Shown: positions 9,543 through 21,332, numbered from the stretch's first letter. The stretch is 64,000 nt of DNA from Dehalococcoidia bacterium (GCA_034422875.1 DAOUJI010000031.1:31604-95603), one strand, 5' to 3'. Translations and numbers: made by a program. Notes: a model not told the origin generated them from the sequence alone.

Positions 9543-10673
9543 CTATTCAACACCGTAATATTGGGCGCAGTTGTCCCAGAGAATCATCCGCTTGTCCTCG
9601 TCGCTGATGGGCAATGTCAGGAAGCTTTGGACCGCTTCCGGGAACTTGGAGTCGGGGTGAGGGTAGTCAGTGGAGAAGACCAGTCCCTTGTTGCCCATGT
9701 AGTCGATGGTGTACTTCACCGGCTCCTCGTCAGGCTCAACCGAGACGAAGCACTGCCGCTTGAAGTATTCGCTGGGGGCCATCTTGAGTTCCGGGGCGTG
9801 CACGTCGCCCAGCCGCTCCCAGTGCTCGTCCAGCCGCCAGAAGAGGAAGGGCACCCATGAGCAGTTGCCCTCCAGGAACGCTACTTTCATGTTGGGGTGA
9901 CGCTCCAGGATGCCGCCGCCAGTGAAGCTGGCCACGGCCAGCATCTGCTCCGCCGGGTGGCTGAAGGTGTGGCGCAGCATCCCGTTTTCCCCAAACTGCT
10001 TCCCGACGAAGGGCAACGCGGCGCCAGCGCCTTCGTGGAACCCCAACGGCACACGCAGTTCCTCGATGGCGTCCCACAGGGGTTCGTAGTAGGGGTCGTA
10101 CCAGTTGCGGTCGTTCACCAGGTTGGGGCGCAGGAACACGGCCTTGAATCCCAGTTCATTGACGCAGCGCTGGGTTTCCGACACCGCGTCCTCGACGTCG
10201 AAGGGCGATATCATACCGGCCCCCAAGAGGCGGTCGGGGTCCTTCTGGCAGAAGTCGTAGAGCCAGTTGTTGTAGGCACGGGCGATGGCTGCTGCCAACC
10301 TCGGCTCCAAGTCGGGTACGGTCAGGGCGAACAGCCCGCGAGAAGGATAGAGCACCGCCACGTCAATGCCTTCCTGGTCCATGCCGTCCAACTGGACTTC
10401 CGGCGTCCAGCCCCTCTCCTCGAAGGGCCTGTACCGGGTCTCGTTCTTTACGAAGTCGGTCGAGCCCCGCCGCTGGTAGGTGTCCCGGTAGACCTCCTGG
10501 GTCCTTCCCCAGACCTTGCCGTCAGGGCCGACCATCTGAAGGTCGGCAATCTTGTCCGTCTTGCCGACGGGGGCTTGGCTCTTGAACTCCGGGTCTATGT
10601 ACCGCTGCCACAAATCGGGCGGCTCCAGCACGTGCATGTCGCTGTCCAGGACTTTGAAGCCGTCTCTCACCAT
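9543..10673 (-). CDS. amidohydrolase-2 family protein (ACMSD-like decarboxylase/hydrolase)
   Basis: The motifs VLDSDMHVLEP, FHEGAG, FSTDYPHPD and C-terminal ILWDNCAQYYG match the amidohydrolase_2 pattern. Confidence 0.8.
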   Translation of the reverse strand: MVRDGFKVLDSDMHVLEPPDLWQRYIDPEFKSQAPVGKTDKIADLQMVGPDGKVWGRTQEVYRDTYQRRGSTDFVKNETRYRPFEERGWTPEVQLDGMDQEGIDVAVLYPSRGLFALTVPDLEPRLAAAIARAYNNWLYDFCQKDPDRLLGAGMISPFDVEDAVSETQRCVNELGFKAVFLRPNLVNDRNWYDPYYEPLWDAIEELRVPLGFHEGAGAALPFVGKQFGENGMLRHTFSHPAEQMLAVASFTGGGILERHPNMKVAFLEGNCSWVPFLFWRLDEHWERLGDVHAPELKMAPSEYFKRQCFVSVEPDEEPVKYTIDYMGNKGLVFSTDYPHPDSKFPEAVQSFLTLPISDEDKRMILWDNCAQYYGVE

Positions 10674-10750
10674 GTTTCACTCCAATTTCAAAGTTGCCAC
10701 ATTATACCCAAGGGTCTACCCACAATCCACACGGGCGTCCCTAATACAAC

Positions 10751-10946
10751 CCCCTCTCCCTTGACGCGAGAGGGTTGGGGTGAGGGTGGCATCCCGCCCT
10801 CCCTGACAATCATTCTCCGTTCGCCCTGAGCTTGTCGAAGGGCTTCGCCACCGTCCCGTCCCACACTGGTTTTCGGCCTTCGCCGGAAAGACGGGTATGG
10901 GGCCTCTGTTCCTCCCAGCCTAACCTTCCCCCAAGGGGGGAAGGGA
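10751..10946. repeat. cluster of short GC-rich palindromic (REP/MITE-like) elements in a 299-bp intergenic spacer
   Basis: Three hairpins are present. The first is CCCTCTC-N9-GAGAGGG followed by TTGGGGTGAGGGTGG (10751-10789). The second is CGCCCTGAGCTTGTCGAAGGGCTTCG (10822-10847). The third is CCTTCCCCCAAGGGGGGAAGGGA (10924-10946). Related copies occur at 13775-13809 and 44151-44248. Confidence 0.7.
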
Positions 10947-10972
10947 CATTGCCACGCGACTCGTCGAGACGC

Positions 10973-11923
10973 TTACTCGACGTCAGGGTGGGTGGAGATG
11001 AACCTGGACGACTTCTGGGGGTCTACCTGCGGGGCCCTGACCTCCACGCCGGAGGCCTCTTCCTGGAGCTTGAAGATGATGGTGCTGTCCAGGTGTCCCC
11101 AGCCCCGGTTCATGGCTTCCATAGCCCTTTGGAGACCCAGGTTGGCGATAGGCATGGGCACATTGAATTCGCGTCCCAGCTCAGTAGCCAGGGTGATGTC
11201 CTTGAAGGACAGTTCCAAGGCGAACGTCGCGTCGTACTGGTCTCTGAAGACCTTGGAGGGCAGGTTCTCGTGTAGGTAGCTCATACGGCCCAGGGCGCCC
11301 CTTCTGACGCACTCCCATAGGGCCTCCGCCTCAACACCTGCCTTGACGCCCAGCGTCAGTCCTTCGGCAATGGCCATCCGTACGCCGTGGCTGGTCATGT
11401 TGTGCACCAGTTTGGCTATAGCGCCGGCGCCTACCTCTCCGGCATAGAACACCTTGTCTCCCATCGCGTCATACATGGGCTTTATCTTGTCGAATATCTC
11501 CCTGGGGCCTCCCACCATGATGGCCAGGTTCCCCGACGCGGCGCCCGACTTGCCGCCGCTGACCGGCGCGTCCATCACGTAGGCGCCCTTCTCCCGGAAC
11601 TTGGGTTCGATTTCTCGGATGAGAGTCGGGCGGCTGGTGGACATGTCCACGTACACACAGCCCGGCTTGATCCCTTCCAGCACTCCGTTGGCGCCGAGGG
11701 CGACGGCCTCGACTTCCTTGGGACCGGGGAGGGACGTAAAGACCACGTCGCACCGCTCGGCCACGTCCGCCGGTGAGTTCCCAAGGCGGGCTCCACGTTC
11801 CAGGTAAGGTCTGGTGGCGCCTTCCCGTAGGTCGTGCACAACCATGTTGTATCCAGCTTGTTGAAGGTTCGCCGCCATTCCGGAGCCCATGTTGCCCAGT
11901 CCTATGTAGCCTACGTTTTCCAT
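10973..11923 (-). CDS. NAD(P)-dependent oxidoreductase, 3-hydroxyisobutyrate/6-phosphogluconate dehydrogenase-like
   Basis: VGYIGLGNMGSGMAANL dinucleotide fold and DAPVSGG motif. I chose the start at 11923 because it is preceded by AGGAGG; the ORF track starts at 11953. Confidence 0.8.
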   Translation of the reverse strand: MENVGYIGLGNMGSGMAANLQQAGYNMVVHDLREGATRPYLERGARLGNSPADVAERCDVVFTSLPGPKEVEAVALGANGVLEGIKPGCVYVDMSTSRPTLIREIEPKFREKGAYVMDAPVSGGKSGAASGNLAIMVGGPREIFDKIKPMYDAMGDKVFYAGEVGAGAIAKLVHNMTSHGVRMAIAEGLTLGVKAGVEAEALWECVRRGALGRMSYLHENLPSKVFRDQYDATFALELSFKDITLATELGREFNVPMPIANLGLQRAMEAMNRGWGHLDSTIIFKLQEEASGVEVRAPQVDPQKSSRFISTHPDVE

Positions 11924-11980
11924 ATCGCCCTCCTTATTCCTGCGTTGCATCATCCGAGACCGGAATGAATCCGGCCCAGT

Positions 11981-13018
11981 CTACGGATTCAGGATTAGCT
12001 TGCCGAAGAAGTTGAGACCCTCCATGGCCTCGTGGGCCTCTGACGCTTTTTCCAACGGAAAGACCTGGTGTATGGCCGGTTTAATTTTCCCAACGTTCAG
12101 CATATGGGTTATCTCCCGCATGTCCTTGTGGGACCCCATGAAGAGACCGAACACGGTGATCGCTTTGGTGAACATCATTCCCAAGTGAAGGTCCGCACGA
12201 TATCCTGTAGTGACGCCGCAGTTGCCGTATCTGCCGCCCCTCTTGAGGGATGCGAACGCCGCAGGGAAGAATTCGGCGCCGACGTGGTCCACAACCACGT
12301 CCACACCCTCTCCGTTCGTGATTTCTTTGATCCGCTCCGCGATGTCCTCTTCCTTGTAGTTGATAACCTCATCGGCGCCCAGTTCCCTGGCCTTGGCTGC
12401 CTTTTCCTCGGAGCTGGTAGTGGCTATCACCCTGGCTCCTATGACGTCCTTGGCCACCTGGATGGCGGCGGCTCCCACACCGGCAGAGGCAGACAGCGCC
12501 AAGACCGTTTCCCACGGCTGCAACTGGGCGTGACGGACTACCATGTTCCAGACAGGAAGATAGGTTGTTGGTACGGCGGCGGCCTCATCGTAAGCCACCG
12601 TATCAGCGATAGGGACTGCGTTCTCCTGCGGCACCGTCACGTACTCGGCGTAGCTGCCGTCGGCCTGGGAACCGAGCATGGTTGAGCGGCTGCACAGGTC
12701 ATCTTTGCCAGTCAGACAATAGGAGCAGCGGCCGCAGCTGATTCGCGGATTGATTATGACACGGTCTCCCGGTTTCAGGCCGTTCACGCCGGGGCCAACT
12801 TCCGCTATGTCACCTGCGGAGTCCCCTCCCAGCACCAGAGGCGGGGGGAACTCCCTCCTCATGCCCCGGACGCCCGCTCTCGTATAGACATCCAGCCGGT
12901 TAAGGGATGCAGCCTTTACTCTTACGGTCACGAAGTTGGGTTGAATAGCCGGGTCCGGCCGTTCGCCGTATACGAGGGCTTCAGGGCCGCCGTGGGACTC
13001 GATGTAGACTGCCTTCAT
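11981..13018 (-). CDS. zinc-type alcohol dehydrogenase / quinone oxidoreductase (MDR family)
   Basis: GGDSAGDIAEVGPGV, the structural-zinc Cys cluster CGRCSYCLTGKDDLC and the nucleotide-binding ASAGVGAAAIQ motif. Confidence 0.8.
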   Translation of the reverse strand: MKAVYIESHGGPEALVYGERPDPAIQPNFVTVRVKAASLNRLDVYTRAGVRGMRREFPPPLVLGGDSAGDIAEVGPGVNGLKPGDRVIINPRISCGRCSYCLTGKDDLCSRSTMLGSQADGSYAEYVTVPQENAVPIADTVAYDEAAAVPTTYLPVWNMVVRHAQLQPWETVLALSASAGVGAAAIQVAKDVIGARVIATTSSEEKAAKARELGADEVINYKEEDIAERIKEITNGEGVDVVVDHVGAEFFPAAFASLKRGGRYGNCGVTTGYRADLHLGMMFTKAITVFGLFMGSHKDMREITHMLNVGKIKPAIHQVFPLEKASEAHEAMEGLNFFGKLILNP

Positions 13019-13069
13019 TCCAGCCTCCTTGGCACAGCGTTTCTAGTCATTCCGCCTACGCCGTAGACG

Positions 13070-13282
13070 CTATTCCCCTTCCTGGAGAGTCCTGTAGCAG
13101 TTGGTGCACAGGAACACGAGGGCCAGGGCTTCTTCATGGCTTGCCATCTGGCCGCACCGGGGTATGTCCGGGTCGGACTTCCAGGGTTGGTGAAACCTGC
13201 CGCCGCACATCTGGCAGCCCGCCTGATGATAGTCGTCCAGGACTCCCTGGCAAACGACGCATATTTCTCCCATGTCGACCAA
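13070..13282 (-). CDS. Cys-rich mini-protein (70 aa, putative zinc ribbon)
   Basis: Paired CxxC motifs (CVVCQG…CQMCGG…C…CTNC). It starts 3 nt after the cca stop, so it is probably co-transcribed. Confidence 0.5.
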   Translation of the reverse strand: MVDMGEICVVCQGVLDDYHQAGCQMCGGRFHQPWKSDPDIPRCGQMASHEEALALVFLCTNCYRTLQEGE

Positions 13283-13285
13283 AGG

Positions 13286-14638
13286 CTAGCCTCTCTTTAC
13301 CATGATGCGCTTTCTGGCGAGAGCGGTCTCTTCTTCCCGCGACCTGATCTGGCCAGTGATGCGGGCGTCTTTCAGTTCCTTGATTAGGTCCCCCATCATC
13401 GGACCCTGTACAGCGCCCAGTGCGGCGAGGTCTCGGCCTGTGAGAACTGGTCTGACATTCCTCCAGGACCGGAGATACTCGCGCAACGTGCACGCCACGT
13501 CAGCGTCGGGCGTCATGATGGACACAGCCTCTATGCTTTCGTGTGAGCGGGCGTCCAGCCATTCAGCCAAGTCTTGAGGGGACATGGCCGACAACTCTTG
13601 CGCCGACCGAGCGGCCACCTCCACGGTGTCCGTCACCGTCTTGGCCCATCGGCTGGGCATATTCAGACGCTGAATTATAGCCGTTCCGTCGTCGGATGAC
13701 ACTCCGTATACCATCATGGCGAGCCAAAGCAACCGGCCCGGCATACCGGAGCCCCGACTGATATCCTCGCGTGGCCCTCTCTCCCCTTGGGAGAGTGTTG
13801 GGGTGAGGGCTGCCCCCAGCGACGTATGGATTGCACTCAGGAGGCCCAACTCACGGAAGCGGCTTAAGGTTTTCAGCGGGTGTGGCTCATAAAAGGCCCG
13901 GTCGATTTCGTTGCGCACCCTGTCTCCGCTCACTGTGTCCAGCGACCTATTCCCGACTGCATCAATGAGCCAGTAGTTCGTTTCCTTCTCCAGCGACAAC
14001 TCCAACCTGACTTCGTACCTGGCAGCCCTGAATAGCCGTGTGGGATCGTCTACGAAACTGTTGGGATAAAGAGCACGGACCACCCCTGCTTCCAAGTCAT
14101 GCTTCCCGCCCAACGGGTCCAGCAGAGTTCCCGCGTCTTCGCCGGTCAGCGGCAAGGCCACGGCGTTTATTGTGAAGTCGCGACGCTTGAGGTCGGAGAC
14201 TATGTCGGATGGAGAAACCTTGGGCAAGGCGCCTGGCCTGGAGTACGCCTCCGTGCGGGCTGTCGCAACGTCGATGCGGTCACCGCCCAGTTGCAACGTA
14301 GCGACACCGAACCTGAGGTGGGACTTGAGCTTGGCCCCGGTCCTGGTTGAGATTTCAGACGCTAACTGGATTGCGTCGCCTTCAACCGCCATGTCCAGCT
14401 CGGTCAGAGGCGCTTGCCGGAGAAGGTCACGAATGCTCCCCCCCACCAGGAAGAGGGGCATCCCGAGGCCCTGTGACGTAGAAACGACGGCCTGAAACAA
14501 GGGCAGACAGGATGCAGGCAGCGAAGATTCCAGGCGGGAAAGCAAGTGTGAATCAGTTGGGAGCGTCCTCATGGGGAACAGCCCCATTATAGCACAACCG
14601 TCGAAACCGACCGGAGAAACCATTTGTAGCAGGGACAT
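13286..14638 (-). CDS. cca: CCA-adding enzyme / tRNA nucleotidyltransferase (poly(A) polymerase family)
   Basis: LFLVGGSIRDLL and DFTINA motifs of class-II nucleotidyltransferases. The true start is probably internal (for example MRTLPT… near 14572), because the GG motif is usually about 25 aa from the N-terminus. Confidence 0.8.
   Translation of the reverse strand: MSLLQMVSPVGFDGCAIMGLFPMRTLPTDSHLLSRLESSLPASCLPLFQAVVSTSQGLGMPLFLVGGSIRDLLRQAPLTELDMAVEGDAIQLASEISTRTGAKLKSHLRFGVATLQLGGDRIDVATARTEAYSRPGALPKVSPSDIVSDLKRRDFTINAVALPLTGEDAGTLLDPLGGKHDLEAGVVRALYPNSFVDDPTRLFRAARYEVRLELSLEKETNYWLIDAVGNRSLDTVSGDRVRNEIDRAFYEPHPLKTLSRFRELGLLSAIHTSLGAALTPTLSQGERGPREDISRGSGMPGRLLWLAMMVYGVSSDDGTAIIQRLNMPSRWAKTVTDTVEVAARSAQELSAMSPQDLAEWLDARSHESIEAVSIMTPDADVACTLREYLRSWRNVRPVLTGRDLAALGAVQGPMMGDLIKELKDARITGQIRSREEETALARKRIMVKRG
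13775..13809. repeat. REP-like palindromic element lying in frame inside cca
   Basis: CCCTCTCTCCCCTTGGGAGAGTGTTGGGGTGAGGG is the same family as 10751-10789. It is translated on the minus strand as …LTPTLSQGERG…. Confidence 0.6.
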
Positions 14639-14656
14639 TTGTATTTGATTTCACAA
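14639..14656. promoter_or_regulatory. candidate Rex operator (half-degenerate)
   Basis: TTGTATT-TGAT-TTCACAA compared with the Rex consensus TTGTGAA-N4-TTCACAA. The spacing is correct, the right half-site is perfect and the left is 4/7. It sits in the cca/rex divergent region just upstream of a -35 box. Confidence 0.35.
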
Positions 14657-14661
14657 ATTGA

Positions 14662-14691
14662 TTGACCAGGACATAATGTTAATCTTAGAAT
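14662..14691 (+). promoter_or_regulatory. candidate sigma70-type promoter for rex
   Basis: TTGACC (14662-14667), an 18-nt spacer, then TAGAAT (14686-14691), about 110 nt upstream of rex. Confidence 0.35.
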
Positions 14692-14801
14692 TTGGTTAGA
14701 TGCATTCTGATTCTTGGTCGATGGTGACCTGCTAGTCAGCTGATGGTCCAAGCGCCAATTCGACGCTCCGCTTCCGACCAAGGGATGTAAAGGCTGTTTC
14801 C

Positions 14802-15464
14802 GTGTCGATGTCATACCGGCCCATAAACATTGAAGTTCCGGGCGACGTACCGGAAGTTGTCATAATGCGGCTTCCCCAGTACATCCGCGTCCTGGAACTG
14901 CTGGAGGCAGACGGGGCTGAAATGGTCAGCTCTCAACAGCTGGGCGATATGCTGCAAGTCACACCCGCACAAATCAGGAAGGACTTGAGCTATTTCGGGC
15001 GTTTCGGGAAACAGGGCAGAGGATACAGCGTAAGCCGACTCCAGGCCGAGCTCAAGGACATCATGGGGCTGAACCGCCAGTGGAACGTGCTGCTGGTGGG
15101 AGTCGGGAGGCTTGGACGGGCCATCATAGGCTACCCTGGATTCGCACCCGAGGGGTTCAAGATAGCTGCGGCTTTCGACGCCAACCGTCGGATGGTCGGG
15201 AGATTAGTCGGAGACCTGAAAGTCCGCTCTATGGACGACCTGAACGACGTCGTGGGAGAGTTGGACATCCGCATAGGGATCGTGGCTGTTCCCGGCAGAT
15301 ACGCACAGAAAGTCATCGACCGATTGGTGGAATGCGGCGTGTTGGCTATCATGAACTATGCGCCCATAACGCCTCAGACGAGGGACGGCGTAAAGATTAG
15401 GAATATAGACCCGGTGCTCTCGCTGCAGACGATGACTTACTATCTGCTGACCGAGAGGCCGTAA
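14802..15464 (+). CDS. rex: redox-sensing transcriptional repressor Rex
   Basis: N-terminal RLPQYIRVLELL winged-helix motif and the Rossmann motif LLVGVGRLGRAI. Confidence 0.9.
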   Translation: MSMSYRPINIEVPGDVPEVVIMRLPQYIRVLELLEADGAEMVSSQQLGDMLQVTPAQIRKDLSYFGRFGKQGRGYSVSRLQAELKDIMGLNRQWNVLLVGVGRLGRAIIGYPGFAPEGFKIAAAFDANRRMVGRLVGDLKVRSMDDLNDVVGELDIRIGIVAVPGRYAQKVIDRLVECGVLAIMNYAPITPQTRDGVKIRNIDPVLSLQTMTYYLLTERP

Positions 15465-15472
15465 GCAGTAAG

Positions 15473-15904
15473 CTAAGACTGGGCCTGGGGAGGGGCCGCG
15501 CGCGGACGCCTTCTCCGTGCGATGCGGACACGAACTTCCGCTCTGCGCACCGCAGCCACAGCGCGTTCCAAGTCCAGGTCGGAGGTGCGGTTGGCAAGCC
15601 GTTCCTGCGCCCGTTGGACCGCAACCTGTGCCCTCTGCTCGTCGATTTCGTCGTCCCTTTCGCAGGCGTCCGCCAGAATCATCACCCTGTTGGCGATGAC
15701 TTCCATGAACCCGCCGGACACTGCAAGGTACGTTTCTTCGCCGTCCTTGCGGAGCATGATCTCGCCAGGCTGCAAAGCCGTCATCAGCGGAGCGTGGTTC
15801 GGGAGAATGCCCAACTCGCCCTCCATCCCCGGGGCCGTGAGCACGTCTACGTCGTCTGAGTAGACCTCCCGTTCGGCTGTGATTATCTCGACTCGCATGG
15901 GCAT
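15473..15904 (-). CDS. atpC: F1 ATP synthase subunit epsilon
   Basis: It is the last gene of the atp operon. The sequence …VEIITAEREVYSDDVDVLTAPGMEGELGILPNHAPLMTAL… is typical of epsilon. Confidence 0.9.
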   Translation of the reverse strand: MPMRVEIITAEREVYSDDVDVLTAPGMEGELGILPNHAPLMTALQPGEIMLRKDGEETYLAVSGGFMEVIANRVMILADACERDDEIDEQRAQVAVQRAQERLANRTSDLDLERAVAAVRRAEVRVRIARRRRPRAAPPQAQS

Positions 15905-15910
15905 GACAGC

Positions 15911-17359
<1,449 letters not shown>

Positions 17360-18223
17360 CTATCCTTCCAGGGCGGCGGCCCCGCCTATGATGTCCAGCA
17401 GTTCGTTGGTTATGCTCTCCTGGCGGACCTTGTTGGCCACCAGCGTCAAATCGGAGGCCATTTCGTTGGCGCTGTCGGTGGCGCTCCGCATGGCCACCAT
17501 TCTGGCCGACTGTTCCGACGCGTTTAGCTCCAGCAGCGCGTGGTATATCTCCATCTCCACGAACCTGGGAAGCAGAGAGCCAAGCACGGTCAAGCTGTCG
17601 GGTTCGTATATGTATCCGACACGACTCTCAGACGAGAGTTCTGCAGGCTCTATGGGCAGCAGCTTTTGCACAACCGGCCTCTGGAGCGTGGTGTTTACGA
17701 AATCGGCGTATCCCAGGTACACCTCGTCAACTTCTCCGTCGGTGAACTGGTCGCACACCATGCCGGAAATGGGAGTGGTGTCCGCCACCGTGGGCCGGTC
17801 GCCCATGTTGATGAACACGGCCTTCACGTCCTGGCCGTATCTGACCATGAAGTCTCGACCCTTGCGCCCGACGGTGATGAGGCTCACCGGGGCTTCCTGC
17901 TCGGCGATGAATTGGGCCGCCCTCCGGTTCAGGTTGGAATGGAGTCCTCCACAAAGGCCCCTGTCAGGCGACATAAGGACCAGCAATGACCGGTTCACGG
18001 GCCTGACCTCCAGCAACGGATGAGGAGCTCCCGACTCCTCGCCGGGTTGGGCTGCCAGGTCGGCGATCACCGCGCTTATCTTTTCCGCATAGGGCCGTCC
18101 GGCAAGCACTGAACTCTGGGCGCGCCGCATCTTGGACGCGGCGATCATCTCCATCGCCTTGGTCACCTTGCCGGTGTTTTCGATGCTGCGGATTCGCCGC
18201 TTTATCTGTCTTAAGCTTGGCAT
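17360..18223 (-). CDS. atpG: F1 ATP synthase subunit gamma
   Basis: MPSLRQIKRRIRSIENTGKVTKAMEMIAASKMRRAQ at the N-terminus and ITNELLDIIGGAAAL at the C-terminus. Confidence 0.95.
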   Translation of the reverse strand: MPSLRQIKRRIRSIENTGKVTKAMEMIAASKMRRAQSSVLAGRPYAEKISAVIADLAAQPGEESGAPHPLLEVRPVNRSLLVLMSPDRGLCGGLHSNLNRRAAQFIAEQEAPVSLITVGRKGRDFMVRYGQDVKAVFINMGDRPTVADTTPISGMVCDQFTDGEVDEVYLGYADFVNTTLQRPVVQKLLPIEPAELSSESRVGYIYEPDSLTVLGSLLPRFVEMEIYHALLELNASEQSARMVAMRSATDSANEMASDLTLVANKVRQESITNELLDIIGGAAALEG

Positions 18224-18238
18224 GGCATCTGGCTGCTG

Positions 18239-19762
<1,524 letters not shown>

Positions 19763-19790
19763 GCTTTACCTCCCGGTGTGTCGACCGGGT

Positions 19791-20342
19791 TCACGCCCCG
19801 GCCTCCATTGTCTCTCTTTGCAGTTGCCTGCCCATTCTGTCCAGACGGGCCTTGGCGCTTCCGTCGATAAGTTTGTCGCCGACCCGCATGACCAGTCCGC
19901 CCAATATTTCCGGGTCCACCTGGGTATGAAGCTCGACTTCCTTCTGGAGCAGCCCTTCCAGAAAATTCTTGACCCGGTCTTTCTCGGCGTCGTCCAAGTC
20001 CACTGCGGACCAGACTTCCACGTCCTCCCTGCCCCGCCTCTGGTTCAAGAGCCTGAGGTACCACATTTCCACCTGGTCAACCTGGTCGGTGAGGCCCCTG
20101 GAAATGAGAAGGGACACCAGGTTCTGGACTATGGGGTCTGTAGACCCAAAGGCCTGGCTGATGACCTGCAACTTGTTGGCCAGAGGAACCTTAGCGTGCT
20201 GCAGGAAGGACCTGAGCTCCTCTTCCTGGACGGCCTCGGATATGGCCGACAGGTCTCCCGCCCATTCGTCAACCAGATCTCTCTCCACGGCCAAGTCGAA
20301 TATGGCCTGAGCGTATCTCTTTCCTGAGGTGCTCTTGGGCAT
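19791..20342 (-). CDS. atpH: F1 ATP synthase subunit delta (OSCP)
   Basis: Its position lies between atpF and atpA. The sequence runs from RYAQAIFDLA… to …GGLVMRVGDKLIDGSAKARL. Confidence 0.9.
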   Translation of the reverse strand: MPKSTSGKRYAQAIFDLAVERDLVDEWAGDLSAISEAVQEEELRSFLQHAKVPLANKLQVISQAFGSTDPIVQNLVSLLISRGLTDQVDQVEMWYLRLLNQRRGREDVEVWSAVDLDDAEKDRVKNFLEGLLQKEVELHTQVDPEILGGLVMRVGDKLIDGSAKARLDRMGRQLQRETMEAGA

Positions 20343-20351
20343 GGTCGGGCG

Positions 20352-20852
20352 CTACTCCCTGGGAATCCTTTCGCCTTCTTCAAGGACCTGAGCTATCAGC
20401 TCGCTGTGGGCCGTCCGGTCAAGGGAGCGCTGGATTACCCGCTCGGCGGCGGTCATGGCCAGATCGGCGAAATGGCTCCTGACCTCGGCCACTGCGGCGT
20501 CCCGTTCCCGCTGAATCTCGTCCCGGGCCCTGGCCACCAGCGCATCCGCATCCTGGCGGGCGCGGACTTCCTCTTGCTCCCTGAACTGCTCTGCGGCAAC
20601 CCTGGCCTGGTCCAGCAGCCGCTGGCCTTCCACTCTCGCCTCGTTTATCTGACGCTGCGTGTCGGCCTGGGAAGCCGCAGCTTCCTCGCGTGCTTTGTCT
20701 GCGGCCTCAAGGCTTTCCTTAATCCGTTCCGACCTCTGGTCGATCATCCTCAAGATAGGCTTATAGGCGACCAGGTAGAGCAACACCAGAAGTACGGTGA
20801 AGTTCACCAAATAGATAATTAGTGTAGGAACGTGAAGTCCTAAGCTCTCCAC
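20352..20852 (-). CDS. atpF: Fo ATP synthase subunit b
   Basis: A single N-terminal TM helix followed by a long charged coiled coil (…EARVEGQRLLDQARVAAEQ…), at the expected position in the operon. Confidence 0.9.
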   Translation of the reverse strand: MESLGLHVPTLIIYLVNFTVLLVLLYLVAYKPILRMIDQRSERIKESLEAADKAREEAAASQADTQRQINEARVEGQRLLDQARVAAEQFREQEEVRARQDADALVARARDEIQRERDAAVAEVRSHFADLAMTAAERVIQRSLDRTAHSELIAQVLEEGERIPRE

Positions 20853-20881
20853 GGCTCACCCCTACTTTGACGTTGTTCTGC

Positions 20882-21205
<324 letters not shown>

Positions 21206-21304
21206 CTAGTCTTGCCTGGACGAATAGATTGCGTAGATGCCGCCCAGTGCGGCGGCGGCTATTCCCACGGTTGCGGCTGCTATCAAGAGCACGATTACGT
21301 CCAC
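21206..21304 (-). CDS. unannotated 32-aa single-TM ORF between atpB and atpE
   Basis: A GTG start lies 6 nt after a perfect AGGAGG (plus-strand cctcct, 21311-21316). The translation is MDVIVLLIAAATVGIAAAALGGIYAIYSSRQD, with the TAG stop at 21206-21208. The ORF is below the 60-aa cutoff of the ORF track. Confidence 0.45.
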   Translation of the reverse strand: MDVIVLLIAAATVGIAAAALGGIYAIYSSRQD

Positions 21305-21332
21305 GACTTTCCTCCTAAGGCGAACCTACGCC

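Noticed and set aside
9651-9670. GGGGTGAGGG string resembling the palindromic repeat family.
   Set aside because: It lies in the conserved STDYPHPD motif region of the amidohydrolase and has no partner hairpin, so it is a chance match.
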